Notes: generated by a model not told the origin, from the sequence alone. Numbered from the stretch's first letter, positions 1 through 12,694 are shown. The stretch is DNA of 64,000 nucleotides from Candidatus Marinacidobacterales bacterium (GCA_965219415.1 CBDCNP010000002.1:4320001-4384000), one strand, 5' to 3'. Numbers and translations are program-made.

Positions 1-119
1 AACGCTTGTCGCATTTCAAGCAGGCGTATTCGAAGATCGGCATACCGAGATTATAGCCCGATTGGACCGGCTAGTTAAGTTAATCGGAACGCCACAGGCT
101 TCCGCGATTCGCCGGACCT

Positions 120-464
120 CGTCGTGTCCAAAAATACAAACGAACTCAAAACCAGCTCGCCGGGACGCTTCGTATTAGAGGCGCCTAGGCTTGGTTCGCC
201 AATGGGAGCTAGAATCCTCGGTCATGAGGACGCCGATCCAGCCCTTGACCTTGTTGGTCGTCGCCATCGCTTGTGCCTTCTATTTATTCATCCGCGCGCA
301 CCGAACTTGATTAGTCTCCGGTCTGCCGGCACCATGCCGGCATGATTTCGTCGTTTGTTCGCGCTCTCGTCTCTGCCTTCAAGGCTCGTCGCGAGATGGC
401 TCTCGAGAATGTCGCTCTTCGCCAGCAGCTCGCCGTCCTCCCCCGTTCGGTGAAACGGCCGCGA
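120..464 (+). mobile_element. Two truncated left ends of rve-type IS elements (family C from 120; family E from 272)
   Basis: End CGTCGTGTCCAAAAATACAAACGAACTCAA is followed by the start MRTPIQPLTLLVVAIA. End TGTGCCTTCTATTTATTCATCCG is followed by MISSFVRALVSAFKARREMALENVALRQQL. Both ends recur elsewhere in the window. Confidence 0.75.
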
Positions 465-482
465 GTTTTGGGTGCTGTTGCG

Positions 483-649
483 GGTGCTTCCGCCATTAAA
501 GTGTTGGTGAGATGACGCTAAGACTTTACGCTGCATTAAATTACAGCCAAAATAGCTCTCACGACCTTCGCCGCGCACTAAATGGAGCGTAAGCACTTTT
601 TTTGCAAAGGGATACGTACACATCACCAACAGCAAACAGCGCAAGCACC
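483..649 (+). mobile_element. IS1-type MITE (~166 bp), copy 1
   Basis: TIRs GGTGCTTCCGC...GCGCAAGCACC match the ends of the IS1 element at 17214-18413; no transposase. Confidence 0.85.
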
Positions 650-741
650 TCAGTCCGAGCGCAAGGTGCGCTACCGTGGACGGCTTGGCGGGTTGCTACG
701 TTTCTACCATCGAGAAGCCGCATGAGTGTTTTGACCTCACG
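650..741 (+). mobile_element. Right-end remnant of rve-type IS family B
   Basis: Near-identical to 54391-54482 and ends TTTTGACCTCACG; further right-end remnants at ~22186-22229 and 30841-30990. Confidence 0.75.
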
Positions 742-1243
742 GGGTCGATACTGCAGGTCGCCACCACGGGGCGCACCCTCAAAACGTCCTACATGAAGAC
801 GACCAAAGCATCCGGGTTGCAGGCAGTTCGCCAAGTTCATGTAGCTCGAGTTTATGGAAGGGACAACCTCTCGGCTATCGAATCCAGTGAACTTGCCGCA
901 GATCATCAAGGAGCCACGAGTATGTCAATTTTTCAGCTGCGTCTAAGTCGAATACGTCCAGCACAGAAGACCTGAAGCTGTCGATCTGCCGATTCTCAAG
1001 TCTGTCGTTGACGTGATCGAAGAAGGTCTTCCACGCGCTCTCATTCCCCAGTTGTAGATTTACTGTGAAGTCAGGGCCACTTAGATTCGGCTCTCGGTAA
1101 TAACAAATACAAGGCCCCCTATGCCACACCTTAGGTTCTGTCGCAGTCCTGACCATGCCAATCAACTTGAACGGACGTTTGGATTCGAGCCGTAAGTCGC
1201 CGCAAAAACGGGGAAACCAGCGATCGACCACCTCAAAGTACGC

Positions 1244-2528
1244 TGTCCATCATCATTATTTGTCCGGGACTGGACTCTAGGCCCGGACTGCCCTTGAGCA
1301 CATGCTGGAGAGCGTGGTCAGCGCACGAGGGAAGGTGCTGAGGACGAACTTCTCGGCGACCAGCCGAGTAACGCGAGCGACCAAGCTGACTCAGGCTGCC
1401 TCTCGCCACTCGTATCGATGGTGCAATCCACCGACTCGCGGCAGTGCGACGACTTTCGCCGTAGGAGACGGTCGGTGCGTGACCGCTTTCAAGCTCAGTG
1501 TGTCCTTGTTCGGCCCCAAGTGGCAACGGTCCTCGTGATAGTAGCTGATGTAAGCTCGCACGAGCCGGATGAGATGACATGCGCCGAGAACCACGACGTG
1601 CTCAAGGAGCTCGCGACGGCAGCTGCCGACCCACCGCTCCGCGGTTCCGTTTTGCCATGGGCCGCGAAACGAAGTGCGAACGGGTTTTGTGCCCGTTGCT
1701 TTGATGAACTCGATGACCGTAGCGTTAAAGATGAAGTCGCGATCGAAGATGAGATATTTCGGAGCGGTGTCGTAGGGAAACGCCTCACGCAATTGCTGAA
1801 CAACCCAAGCAGACGTCGGGTGGAACGTGGCGTTGAAGTGAACGATGTGCCGACGGCCGTGCTCGATGACGAAGAAGCCGTACAGCAGCCGGAGCGACGC
1901 GGTGGGCACGGTGAACAGATCCATGGCGGCGATATCGTCTTTATGGTTGCACAAGAAAGCCATCCATCGCTTCAGCTGGTCGGGCTCCGCGGGGTGCCGC
2001 GGCAGGTATCGCGACACCGTAATCTCGGAGATGATGAAACCGAGCTTGGTGAGCTCAGCATGGATGCGTGGCGCCCCCCAGCCGTCTTGCGCCATCGTGC
2101 GGACGAGGCGACGAATCTCGGCATCAATCCGAGGCCGACCGGGATGGCGGCGCTGCGAGATCTTTGCCCAGTACCGTCGGAATCGGTCGCGATGCCAACG
2201 GGCTACGGTGTCCGCGTGGACGATGAGCAGGCGGCTCGCCCACACGGGCCACGAACCTCGAAGGGCAACCCAGAAAGCTCGTTCCGTGTCGTCGAGCGGT
2301 GGGCGTGGGCGCTCTTTCTTCAGCGCCGTCACTTGCTGCCGCAAAGCGACGTTCTCCAACACCAGATCGGCGCGGCGCCGACACATCGCCCGAATGGCAC
2401 GGACGCCAAGTGAGACGAGGAAGACAACAACGTTGAGCATAGCGGCGGAGTTTCGCCGTCTTCGGCCCGGAATTCAAGCGGAGCGTAAGTCCTTGATTTC
2501 GTGGGCGGAGCAGTTTTGACGATGCACA
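1244..2528 (-). mobile_element. Complete rve-type IS (family A, IS481/IS3-like), ~1285 bp
   Basis: Imperfect TIRs TGTCCATCATCATTATT / TGTGCATCGTCAAAACT; near-identical copy at 36671-37956; no TSD. Confidence 0.85.
1391..2440 (-). CDS. DDE transposase, integrase core (rve) domain, 349 aa
   Basis: HTH WGAPRIHAEL; DDE motifs AAMDLFTV, YLIFDRD, WQNGTAERWV. Confidence 0.9.
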   Translation of the reverse strand: MLNVVVFLVSLGVRAIRAMCRRRADLVLENVALRQQVTALKKERPRPPLDDTERAFWVALRGSWPVWASRLLIVHADTVARWHRDRFRRYWAKISQRRHPGRPRIDAEIRRLVRTMAQDGWGAPRIHAELTKLGFIISEITVSRYLPRHPAEPDQLKRWMAFLCNHKDDIAAMDLFTVPTASLRLLYGFFVIEHGRRHIVHFNATFHPTSAWVVQQLREAFPYDTAPKYLIFDRDFIFNATVIEFIKATGTKPVRTSFRGPWQNGTAERWVGSCRRELLEHVVVLGACHLIRLVRAYISYYHEDRCHLGPNKDTLSLKAVTHRPSPTAKVVALPRVGGLHHRYEWREAA

Positions 2529-3149
2529 ACATGCTGGAGAGCGTGGTCAGGGCGAGAGGGAAGGTGCTGAGGACGAACTTCCCGGCGACCGGCCGAGTAA
2601 CGCGAGCGACCAAGCTGACTCAGGCTGCCTCTCGCCACTCGTATCGATGGTGCAGTCCACCGACTTGCGGCAGTGCGACTACTTTCGCCGTAGGAGACGG
2701 TCGGTGCGTGACCGTTCTCAAGCTCGGTGTGTCCTTGTTCAGCCCCAAGTGGCAACGGTCCTCGTGATAGTAGCTGATGTAAGCTCGCACGAGCCGGATG
2801 AGATGACATGCGCCGAGAACCACGACGTGCTCAAGGAACTCGCGACGGCAGCTGCCGACCCACCGCTCCGCAGTTCCGTTTTGCCATGGGCTGCGAAACG
2901 AAGTGCGAACGGGTTTTGTGCCCGTTGCTTTGATGAACTCGATGATCGCAGCGCTAAAGATGAAGTCGCGATCGAAGATAAGATATCTCGGAGCGGTGTC
3001 GTAGGGAAACGCCTCACGCAGTTGCTGAATAACCCAAGCAGACGTCGGGTGGAACGTGGCGTTGAGCGGAGTTTCGCCGTCTTCGGCCCGGAATTCAAGC
3101 GGAGCGTAAGTCCTTGATTTCGTGGGCGGAGCAGTTTTGACGATGCACA
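2529..3149 (-). mobile_element. Internally deleted family A IS copy
   Basis: Tandem duplicate of the 3' part (from ~1300) joined at ~3065 directly to the left end. Confidence 0.85.
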
Positions 3150-3538
3150 GGGTCGGCAGCTGCCGTCGCGAGCTCCTTGAGCACGTCGTGGTTCTCGGTG
3201 CATGTCATCTCATCCGGCTCGTGCGAGCTTACATCAGCTACTATCATGAGGACCGTTGCCACTTGGGGCTGAACAAGGACACACCGAGCTTGAGAACGGT
3301 CACGCACCGACCGTCTCCTACGGCGAAAGTAGTCGCACTGCCGCGAGTCGGTGGACTGCACCATCGATACGAGTGGCGAGAGGCAGCCTGAGTCAGCTTG
3401 GTCGCTCGCGTTACTCGGCTGGTCGCCGAGAAGTTCGTCCTCAGCACCTTCCCTCGCGCGCTGACCACGCTCTCCAGCATGTGCTCGAGGGCGGTCCGGG
3501 CCTAGAGTCCAGTCCCGGACTAATAATGATGATGGACA
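3150..3538 (+). mobile_element. Inverted 3' fragment of family A IS
   Basis: Encodes VGSCRRELLEHVV...YEWREAA and ends with the right TIR ...ATGATGATGGACA. Confidence 0.85.
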
Positions 3539-3560
3539 ACCTCCTGCATCATCCACTCCC

Positions 3561-3748
3561 CGACGATTGGGAGAAACAGCGCGCCCTCATCGCAACGTTT
3601 TAAGGTAGACCACGCTGTAAGCGAACCCGCGGCGGCTGTCACACTCGCTCTTGGTCTCCATCAGTCGGCGAACGGCATCGCCCCCCTCACTAATGATGAC
3701 ATCGGCGGCGTGCGGGTTTTGAGTTCGTTTGTGTTTTTGGACACGACG
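3561..3748 (+). mobile_element. Right-end remnant of rve-type IS family C
   Basis: Ends TTGAGTTCGTTTGTGTTTTTGGACACGACG; homologous to ~17015-17201. Confidence 0.7.
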
Positions 3749-4546
3749 GCGTTTTCCCATTAGCTGAGCGATTAACGCTCGATTCAGCCCCGAAATGCCC
3801 TCCAATTGCATTTTTATGACCTGTTTTGCACCGTTACTGCTTGTTTGCTGCCAAGACCCGAATAGCTCCACTTGCCCCCACTTAAGCCTTACGACTGCGA
3901 TAGTCGGAAAGGTGTTCCCGTCAACGACGCGTCCATCGATGAGGCGTAAGAGCTTTTCACTACAATGATTTACGAGCGGAGCCTCCGTCGGAGGGTTTAC
4001 AACACGGTCCTCTTACAGGCGTCAAGGAGGTTGAGATTGCCGCCTAGAAAATCGGATTTAATGTCAATTCGCAAATAAACTCGAACGACCCCCCGTCGAT
4101 GAGGCGTGCGGGGACCAGCACGTGACGGATAGCTTTAAATCACTGCAGGACAATAGGATAGAACGACGTGGGCACCAGGGCTTCTCTGAGTTTTCGCTAC
4201 ATTGCCCCACCACGCGCGCGGCGAAAGGGGCACCTCAGACTTGAAAAACTCTATAAATACCTTTTACCGAGACCGGATAGCTCCGAACTGCACCATCCGC
4301 CAACTAGTCTGGCCAATTGTGGCCCCGCAGAGATGGGTGGGATTTTCCGCGCGGTTTGCGGGGTTTTCCAGGATTAGGTGGCACCAGAGACGCGCTAGAA
4401 GGGCTGAACGGGCCTCATTTTCGGATTTGGTCTCTAATCTCGATTTCCGAGGGACAAGTTTGCACAAAAGGGGGGAGCGGGTCGCTGACAGGGCCGTGCA
4501 GCGTCGGAAAAGAGGCCGCCCGAGGGGTCCAGAATCAAGGCCAGGG

Positions 4547-5557
<1,011 letters not shown>

Positions 5558-5929
5558 CTAGACCGAAACCGGTGCACCGTCCAGCAGGTTTTCGATGATG
5601 ACGGTCCGCGGGCCGCGCAGTTCGATAAGAATGCCCTGCGATCGTGCTCGCTATCTCGAAATCCGGCTCCCAAAATCGCGGGCTCGGTGCGTCGCGACCT
5701 GAACGAGCTTCCTTTCGCCATCGAGCTCGTCGTGAACGGCCACGGAAGCGGCGTCGTAGAAGCTGTGGCTCGGTGGCAGGACTACGAGCTCTTCGTGACG
5801 GTCGCGCACCTGCGTCCAGGCTTCAACGACTTCGAGCTTTGCTTCTCGGCCGAGAACGATACCGAGGACCATTGACTCGAGCTCGCTGTGAACTAACGTT
5901 CAACTCGTTCCGGCAACCCGAGAGCGTTG

Positions 5930-6720
5930 ACGGGGGCCAGAGATGGTACGGCTTTTGGGGACGAGCAACGAGATCTCGGCCCAGTGGCTCGAGCAGCGCC
6001 GCCGTCTGGAAAACGAAGCCGGTGCTCCGAACGATCTATTGCGATTTCTATCGCCGTGTCGGCGAGTGGCTCACTCACGGCCCGACGATCGAGCTCGGAT
6101 GTAGCTCGGGAAACTTCAAGGCATTCCTTCCTGGATGCATGGTAGTTGATGTTCTCCGCGCTCCCTGGCTAAACGTCGTGGCCGACGCCCACGAGCTGCC
6201 CTTTGCCGACTCGAGCGTGTCGAACATCGTTCTCATCGACGTGATCCACCATCTGGCAGAACCGCGTCGGTTTCTGGAGGAAGCTGAACGGGTGATCGAG
6301 GAGACTGAACGGGTGATCACGGAAGGCTCTTGCTGGTCGAACCCGCGATAACACCACTCAGCTGGTTGTTCTACCGCTTCTTCCATCCCGAGCGCGTGGA
6401 CCTTTCCGCCGATCCGTTTACGGAGGCCGACGAAGAGACCAAGAAAGACCCCTACGACGGTAACCAGGCCATACCTACGTCGCTGTTCGGCAACAGGCAC
6501 GATCGCCTCGATGCCGAAATGCCGTTTCTGAAGGTCCAGTACAAGAACCTTCTGAGCCTTTTCGCTTATCCTCTGTCCGGAGGTTTTCGCCCCTGGAGCC
6601 TGGTGCCGCAGGCCGTCACCCCACCTCTCCTGCGGATCGAGGAGCGCTTGTTGCCCGCGCTCGATAAAGTGGATGGCGTTTCGCATGTTCGTGGTGCTTG
6701 AGCGCGTCGCCCCACAGGAG
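5930..6720 (+). pseudogene. Class I SAM-dependent methyltransferase, frameshifted
   Basis: IELGCSSG, VADAHELPF and IDVIHHL in one frame; LVEPAITPLSW...AYPLSGGF in another; 21-bp tandem duplication near 6280-6320. Confidence 0.75.
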
Positions 6721-6731
6721 ACTGCGGATCT

Positions 6732-7604
6732 GTGATCATCAAGGCCTCGACCAAGATCGCTGTCGCGTCCGTGCTCTGCCGGTACCTGCTCTCTTTGCGC
6801 TGGCTCGCGGGACTCGGCCCAGAGGTCGATGTCACGAGAGACGGGATCCGCTGGCATTTGGACCTCACAGAAGGTATCGACCTCGCTATCTATCTTGTCG
6901 GGCGGTTCGAGCCTCGCACCGTTCACGTCTTCCGCTGCTTGATCCGAGAGGGAGACGTGGTGATCAACATTGGCGCCAACATCAGCGCGAATACCATGGA
7001 GTTAGCCCGTTGCGTCGGACCCAGGGGTCGCGTCATCGCATTCGAGCCTACGCTTTTTGCCCTGGAACGGTTGAAGCAAAATCTCGAGTCGAACCCCGAA
7101 CTTTCGCGAAGTGTCACACCCGAGCAGGCGGCTCTGGGAGACGACAGTGCTAACAGCAAGACGTCGGCGTTCTACTCCAGTTGGCCGCTTCTGGGTCACA
7201 CCCACAATGGCGTCCATGAAAGGCACAGGGGCCGCCTGAAGAGCGCGGTATCCGCCTCCCATTGGACGCTGGACCACTACCTGAAAGACAAGGGCATCCG
7301 GTCCATCCGGCTGATCAAGCTCGACATCGACGGCAACGAATGGTCCGTTCTCAATGGAGCGAAAGGCACGATCGAGAAGATCCGGCCATCCATCGTCATG
7401 GAGATCACTCCTTACGTTCTCGACGAAAAGGACGGTGCTCTCGAAGGCGTCGTGAGCCTCTTGCGGGAGGCGCGCTACGATTTGACGGATATCAGCTCCG
7501 GGAAAAAAACTTCCCGTCTCCGCCGATGCGCTCAGAGCCGCCATCCCCGACGGCGCCAGCGTCAATGTCCTGGCTCAGGTCGATGCATCACGACGCTCGA
7601 GTAG
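6732..7604 (+). CDS. FkbM-family methyltransferase (C-terminus frameshifted at an A7 tract)
   Basis: NIGANIS, IAFEPT, LIKLDIDGNE, RPSIVME. Confidence 0.85.
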   Translation: MIIKASTKIAVASVLCRYLLSLRWLAGLGPEVDVTRDGIRWHLDLTEGIDLAIYLVGRFEPRTVHVFRCLIREGDVVINIGANISANTMELARCVGPRGRVIAFEPTLFALERLKQNLESNPELSRSVTPEQAALGDDSANSKTSAFYSSWPLLGHTHNGVHERHRGRLKSAVSASHWTLDHYLKDKGIRSIRLIKLDIDGNEWSVLNGAKGTIEKIRPSIVMEITPYVLDEKDGALEGVVSLLREARYDLTDISSGKKTSRLRRCAQSRHPRRRQRQCPGSGRCITTLE

Positions 7605-7616
7605 CTGAGGATCGCG

Positions 7617-9071
7617 CTACACGAACTTGATCAGTCTCGCCGCGAAGACGGCCATCTTGAGCAGCAACCATCCGTGTTTCCAGCGGTGGATGTTGGTGCT
7701 GCCGTAAGTTCTCTCGCGATAACGGATGGGCATCTCCGTGATCTGCAAGTTCAGCTTCGCGGCGCCAAAAAGAAGATCGAAATCCCCGAACGGATCGAAT
7801 TCCCCGAAGTAGTCACGATTCTCTTCGATCTTCCGATAATCTTCCCGTCGCAGCACTTTGGTCCCACAGAGCGTATCTTTGATGTGCTGGCCCAGGATCC
7901 ATGAGAACACGAAGCTGAAAAACTTATTCCCAAGGAGATTGAAGAACCGCATAGCCTGATTCTCCATGGGATACACGAGTCGCACTCCGTTAATGAACTC
8001 CCCCCGTCCCGAAACGAGCGCGTCATAGAACGATCGAAGACCTTCGGCTGGCACCGTCAGGTCCGCGTCGAAGATCATCAGGATATCGCCGCGTGCTCTG
8101 GAAAAGCCGAGACGCACAGCGTCGTTTTTGCCTTGTCCAGACTGTCGAAGGAGCTGAACCGTTCGATCCGGAAACACCTTCATCTCTCTCTCTATGACCT
8201 CATAAGTGCCGTCGGTGGAGCCGCCTTCCACAAACAAGATCTCCGTCCCGCTTCCGAGCTCCGGCACTTGCTCCAGAATTTCTCGAATGTTCCCAGCTTC
8301 GTTCCTCGCCGGAACAACCACGGACACGCTCGCATTCTCGACCGCCTCCCGTGGGCGTGCCGCCGGCCGCGCTACGACAAAATTGGTCAGTGCGCCGAGC
8401 TTGAAGGGCCAGAGCTTCACAAGGACCTTGTTACAGAGTCCGCTCCAAAACGGTGCTGGCAGTGGCCACAGCACCTCGGGCCAGCTCCGGAGCGCCTCGA
8501 ACCCCGATACCCGCAGGAAATTGAGCATGTCTTCCGTCGTGACCCAACTCTGCGCCGGAGTGGGCCTCACGAGCGACAACCGACGCGCGGACACGAGCAC
8601 CGGCTGCCATAGGCGACTGTAGAAGTTGAAGATCACTCGGGTACGCGGATGGCACCACTCTTGACAACGTTCGAGTACGGCTCGAATATCCCAGAGATCG
8701 TTGACGACATCGGACAGAATGATGAAGTCGAACGTTTCATCAAACTCGACATCTTCGATGCTGTTTTCAACGAAACGAAGAGCAGGATGCCGGGCTCGAG
8801 CCACATCGAGCATGTTCCCGGCGAAGTCCACTCCGAGCCCGTTCGCCGGAGCGAGCGCCGCCAGAAGGTCGCCGCGTCCACAACCGAGCTCCAGCACGCT
8901 TGTCCCGGGGCTGACGACAAACCGATAAATCTCGGCCAGCCGCCGGTGGTAGGCGTCGCCCCATCCTTTCGAGACCGCCGCCTGGTTCCATATTCGACGG
9001 TGCTCTTCGATGAAACTCTCCCGTGCGGAAGGCGTCTCATCAACCCCCACCGAATTCAACTGAGCTGCCAT
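7617..9071 (-). CDS. Bifunctional SAM methyltransferase / GT2 glycosyltransferase
   Basis: VLELGCGRG; VVVPARNEAG, EGGSTDGT, FDADL, DTLCGTK, DPFGDFDLLFGA; start at 9071 follows GGGGAGGG. Confidence 0.9.
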   Translation of the reverse strand: MAAQLNSVGVDETPSARESFIEEHRRIWNQAAVSKGWGDAYHRRLAEIYRFVVSPGTSVLELGCGRGDLLAALAPANGLGVDFAGNMLDVARARHPALRFVENSIEDVEFDETFDFIILSDVVNDLWDIRAVLERCQEWCHPRTRVIFNFYSRLWQPVLVSARRLSLVRPTPAQSWVTTEDMLNFLRVSGFEALRSWPEVLWPLPAPFWSGLCNKVLVKLWPFKLGALTNFVVARPAARPREAVENASVSVVVPARNEAGNIREILEQVPELGSGTEILFVEGGSTDGTYEVIEREMKVFPDRTVQLLRQSGQGKNDAVRLGFSRARGDILMIFDADLTVPAEGLRSFYDALVSGRGEFINGVRLVYPMENQAMRFFNLLGNKFFSFVFSWILGQHIKDTLCGTKVLRREDYRKIEENRDYFGEFDPFGDFDLLFGAAKLNLQITEMPIRYRERTYGSTNIHRWKHGWLLLKMAVFAARLIKFV

Positions 9072-9354
9072 GCCCTCCCCTCGAGACGAAACCGGCGCGC
9101 CGTCACATCCGATCGCTACGAACACTAATGCACGCTCGCGATGAAATCCATCCTCGCTAGGGCGAACCGACAGATGGACCGAAGGCGCTACTCTTGGACC
9201 AAAGTCTTGAAGCAGGACTTTTTTCTTCCCGACTCCGGATAGCGAAACGTCTCTCGTCAGGTGACGAATTACTCGGCTCGCAAAGTCGACGATATGATGC
9301 TGAGACGTGCCATATCGACGACGACGCATCGCCTGGCTTCTTTAGGCCGACACT

Positions 9355-11613
9355 TCAAGGAGCGGGTAGCAGCTCGATCTCTGGAAGAATCCACGGGTGC
9401 AGAACGTAGTGCAGACCGTCGTCGTTCACGCCCTGACCTATCCTGACGAGCAGCACGGTGACCTCGACCGGCTCGAAGCTGTAGTCCATCGAGGCGCGCT
9501 CGGGCGATCCTAGCAGATCACCGAGGTACTCTACGCTGTCGAGGTCATTCCAATCGGCGAGACGCCACCGCCTGCCGCGCGTCTCCGTGATCAACTCGAG
9601 CCGGCGGGGATACTCGTGAGAGTAGCGTCCCGTGACGATCGAGACGCCTCTCAGGCGTACCGGCCGGGAAAGCCGCAGCCGGACGAGATCACCACTCGTC
9701 TGGAAGATCCTGGTAGTGAAGTAGGTGTCGAGCCTCCCGTCGAAGGCCGCCTCGCAGCCGCTGTGGCGGCTCAGCGTCTCGCATCGCCACCCGTACCGGT
9801 CCAGTTCCAGTCGCGGCCAATCGTCCGTCTCGACCTTGACTGAGGGCGGCTCCTCGGGCAGGACGCGGTAGACGCGTTCGCCACCCAAAGTGCCGAGGTC
9901 AGCGTCGAACACTCCTCGGTCGCCGAACTCCTTCATCAACTCAAGATTCCCGCTGTAGGCAGCCTGCCTGCGCTCGAAGCGTTTCGCTGCATGCCTCGCC
10001 TCCGGGAAACGACCGTAGTCGGGGTGAAAGACCACGTAGCGTACTCCCAGAGCTCGGACAAGCCGCAACGAGTCGATGTTGGGGAACATCGTAACGAGCT
10101 GATCCAGAACGAAGTAGTGAGCCAATGGGTAGTTTGTGCCATAACCGTTGACTATAGGTAGCCAGTGGCGCGCCGACTGAAGCACCCAGAGCGACTCCCA
10201 GTGTCGTCCGCGGCTTGGGTTCATAGGGTATTCGAGGATCGGCGTGCCGGCCGGCAACGATTCGAGCCAGTTGTAGACCTCGGGTTCACTGGAACCGACC
10301 GGCAGCCGATAGGTCGGGAGGGGCGTCGACAGGTGCTCGATGGGCAACGCGAAGACGAGCACGCCGAGCGGCAACCAGGGGCGGGTCAGAGCGAGGTGCC
10401 GCGTCAGGAGCTGGGCGCCGAGGCCGGCGAATACAGCGACCGAAAGGCGGACGAACATCGAGAAGCGAGATGGAACGCGTGTCTGGTCGTAGCCCGGCAC
10501 GTGCTCATGCAGCCAGGCGTAAGGACCCGGCAGGTCTCCGCCTCCTGGGATCGGGAGGAACTTGCCGCAACCGAGCAGAAAGGCCAGCGCCCCGAACGCA
10601 GCAAGGAACGCCAGCCATCGGTAGCGATCCTTCGGGCCGAACGAGCCACTTCTTCTCGACCCCGCCACGACCAGTCCGAGCCCCGCCAACGAGAGTGTGA
10701 CGAAGCCGAGGAAGTACCGGTCGTCGTACCCTGTGTGTTCGAGCCCGATTCGACCTCCGTAGAGCCAGTTTCCGGAGAGCACGTTCCAGTAGCTCGTCTG
10801 GGGTAGCGCGCCGACACGGAGCGGCTTCTCGGTTCGCACGCTCTGGAGATGCTCCCATTGCGCGGTGTAAAGGGGGACAAGCAGGAGCAATGCGACAACG
10901 AGGGCGAGGGCTACCCCGCGCCATCGCCTACTCCACAGCTCACGGTCGCCCCGGACCAGCAGCAGTGTCGGAGCGAGAACGACGAGCAACGTAGCAAGGT
11001 ACAAGGTGTAGTAGTGGCAGCTCAGTCCCTGCATCACAGCGGCGGCACTCATACCGAGAGCGTCTCGCGTGCGCCCCTGGCGCCAAAGGCGGACGAGAAA
11101 GAATAGCAGCAGAGGCGTCCACTGGCCCGAGACGATCTGGAGCCGCGCCGCCGAGTCGTAATTCGCTGTCGTGAAGGCGAACACGACACCCGCGATCGTC
11201 GCCGCCGCCAGGGACCCGAGCACCTCGCGCACGAGCAGAAACATGCTCAGTGCCGACAACACAAGGGTCAGCACGAAGGTGAGGTTGTAGGTGGCGGCCA
11301 CATCGCCGGTGACCATCCAGATCGGCCAGGCGAGGAAACCCACGCCGATCGTCGGCTCGCTATAGAGAAGCGCCGCGCGATCGGGATGGGAGATGTTGGC
11401 AGCGAACAGGGTGGACGGCGTCGCTGGCAAAGCCCGTGCGACCCAACTGGTCGTCCACGCATTCAACAAGCTGTTGTTGCTGCCCGGCAGCACTTCGGAC
11501 GGAGTCGTGGCGAGCGGATGGCTCGTAGCTACGGCGAGCACGACGTAGACCGCCAGCGCTGTCGCGATCGGATGCCGGCGCAGCGTGTCGAGCGTCTTGC
11601 TGTTAGCGATCAC
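9355..11613 (-). CDS. Multi-TM GT-C-like membrane glycosyltransferase with C-terminal discoidin/F5-8-like domain
   Basis: Many TM segments; LFAANISHP, RVPSRF, PIVNGY, AAFDGRLDT. Confidence 0.7.
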   Translation of the reverse strand: MIANSKTLDTLRRHPIATALAVYVVLAVATSHPLATTPSEVLPGSNNSLLNAWTTSWVARALPATPSTLFAANISHPDRAALLYSEPTIGVGFLAWPIWMVTGDVAATYNLTFVLTLVLSALSMFLLVREVLGSLAAATIAGVVFAFTTANYDSAARLQIVSGQWTPLLLFFLVRLWRQGRTRDALGMSAAAVMQGLSCHYYTLYLATLLVVLAPTLLLVRGDRELWSRRWRGVALALVVALLLLVPLYTAQWEHLQSVRTEKPLRVGALPQTSYWNVLSGNWLYGGRIGLEHTGYDDRYFLGFVTLSLAGLGLVVAGSRRSGSFGPKDRYRWLAFLAAFGALAFLLGCGKFLPIPGGGDLPGPYAWLHEHVPGYDQTRVPSRFSMFVRLSVAVFAGLGAQLLTRHLALTRPWLPLGVLVFALPIEHLSTPLPTYRLPVGSSEPEVYNWLESLPAGTPILEYPMNPSRGRHWESLWVLQSARHWLPIVNGYGTNYPLAHYFVLDQLVTMFPNIDSLRLVRALGVRYVVFHPDYGRFPEARHAAKRFERRQAAYSGNLELMKEFGDRGVFDADLGTLGGERVYRVLPEEPPSVKVETDDWPRLELDRYGWRCETLSRHSGCEAAFDGRLDTYFTTRIFQTSGDLVRLRLSRPVRLRGVSIVTGRYSHEYPRRLELITETRGRRWRLADWNDLDSVEYLGDLLGSPERASMDYSFEPVEVTVLLVRIGQGVNDDGLHYVLHPWILPEIELLPAP

Positions 11614-11693
11614 CCAGCCTCAATCTCCACGAGCAGTATCATAGTCTCAATCGGTCCCACGATGTTTGCATCACAGCGCACCGCGTCCTGTGC

Positions 11694-12059
11694 GGTGCTT
11701 CCGCAATTTAGTGTTGGTGGCCAGCCCCTAACCCGTCTGCGTGCTAGAGTTTGAACCAGAATTCCGAAGACACAGTTCTCTCATCGTCAGGGCCGAGCCG
11801 AAGTGAAGAATCGCAGATGCTATTACAACTTCGTCCGACCGCACGGAGCTCTGAAGTTCGGACGTGAGATCCGAACTCCGGCTATGCAGGCTGGTCTGAC
11901 GACGCGACGGCTCACCTTTCGAGACATCTTCTTGGCGACGACGATTCCTTTGTGGTCGCAGATCGAGGTTTGCGTGCTCACTGGGGCGCGTAACTCGCTC
12001 TCTTCCGCACCTGTACCACTGCCCGCAGCCGCGTAGCAACACTTGATGGCGGAAGCACC
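11694..12059 (+). mobile_element. Internally deleted mini-IS1 (366 bp)
   Basis: Both IS1 TIRs present; the transposase start VKNRRC is joined directly to the C-terminal YYNFVRPH. Confidence 0.85.
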
Positions 12060-12694
12060 CACCAAGGCAGCATGGTGCTGGCAGACCGGAGATTAATCAA
12101 GTTTGGTGCGCGGATAAATAAATAGAAGGCACAGGAGAATGAGACACACTCATTCCGGCTGGCTGTCCCTTCCATAGACTAAGAAGCGCTCCACGGCTGG
12201 CGAACCAAGACTAGACACCTCTAATCCGAAACGTTCCGGCGCGCCGGTCTTGAGTTCGTTTGTATTTTTGGACACGACGCCCGGGGCCGTCCGGGCTGTT
12301 TCCGCCGCTCGCTGTAGTCCCACTTCTGCGCGATGAGCCTTCGGTGCCAAGCCAGAAGGGTTTCCGGTGTGACGATACCGGCGACTTCTGTCAAGAGTTT
12401 CGGGCCAAGCGCCTTACCCTTTACCGCCAGCCGACGTCGCTCGTCGTCTGTGAGGCGAAGCTTCCTCCCGCAGAGCCGAGCCTTGAGGACTCTGTTCTCC
12501 TCGAGTAAGTAGACGATAGCGACCTGTTGGTCACGCTGGATCCAACCAGCGATGGCGACTAGCAACAGTGTCAAGGGCTGGATCGGCGTCCTCATGACCG
12601 AGGATTCTAGCTCCCATCGGCCAACCAAGCGTATACACGTCTATTCCGAAACGTCCCGGCGAGCCGCTCTTGAGTTCGTTTGTATTATTGGACA
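12060..12694 (-). mobile_element. Stack of truncated rve-IS left ends (one E, two C) with an N-terminal transposase fragment
   Basis: E end at ~12132, C ends at ~12279 and ~12694; fragment MRTPIQPL...QKWDYSERRKQPGRP. Confidence 0.75.

Noticed and set aside
483-649. Palindromic 166-bp repeat as an integron attC site
   Set aside because: No RYYYAAC/GTTRRRY boxes, its ends equal the IS1 TIRs, and there is no IntI; only a short unrelated recombinase tail is present.
745-1240. Short ORFs 676-975 and 875-1231 as genes
   Set aside because: No motifs recognised and both are bounded by IS ends; probably fragments.
1418-2519. Long + strand ORFs (331 and 224 aa), and equivalents at 36846-37947
   Set aside because: Antisense shadows of the transposase in GC-rich DNA with no recognisable motifs; the same applies to most short ORFs in the track.
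3750-4540. Long noncoding stretch as an ncRNA or riboswitch
   Set aside because: Only a short repeat (TCGATGAGGCGT twice) and no recognisable RNA family; most likely an orphaned promoter region.
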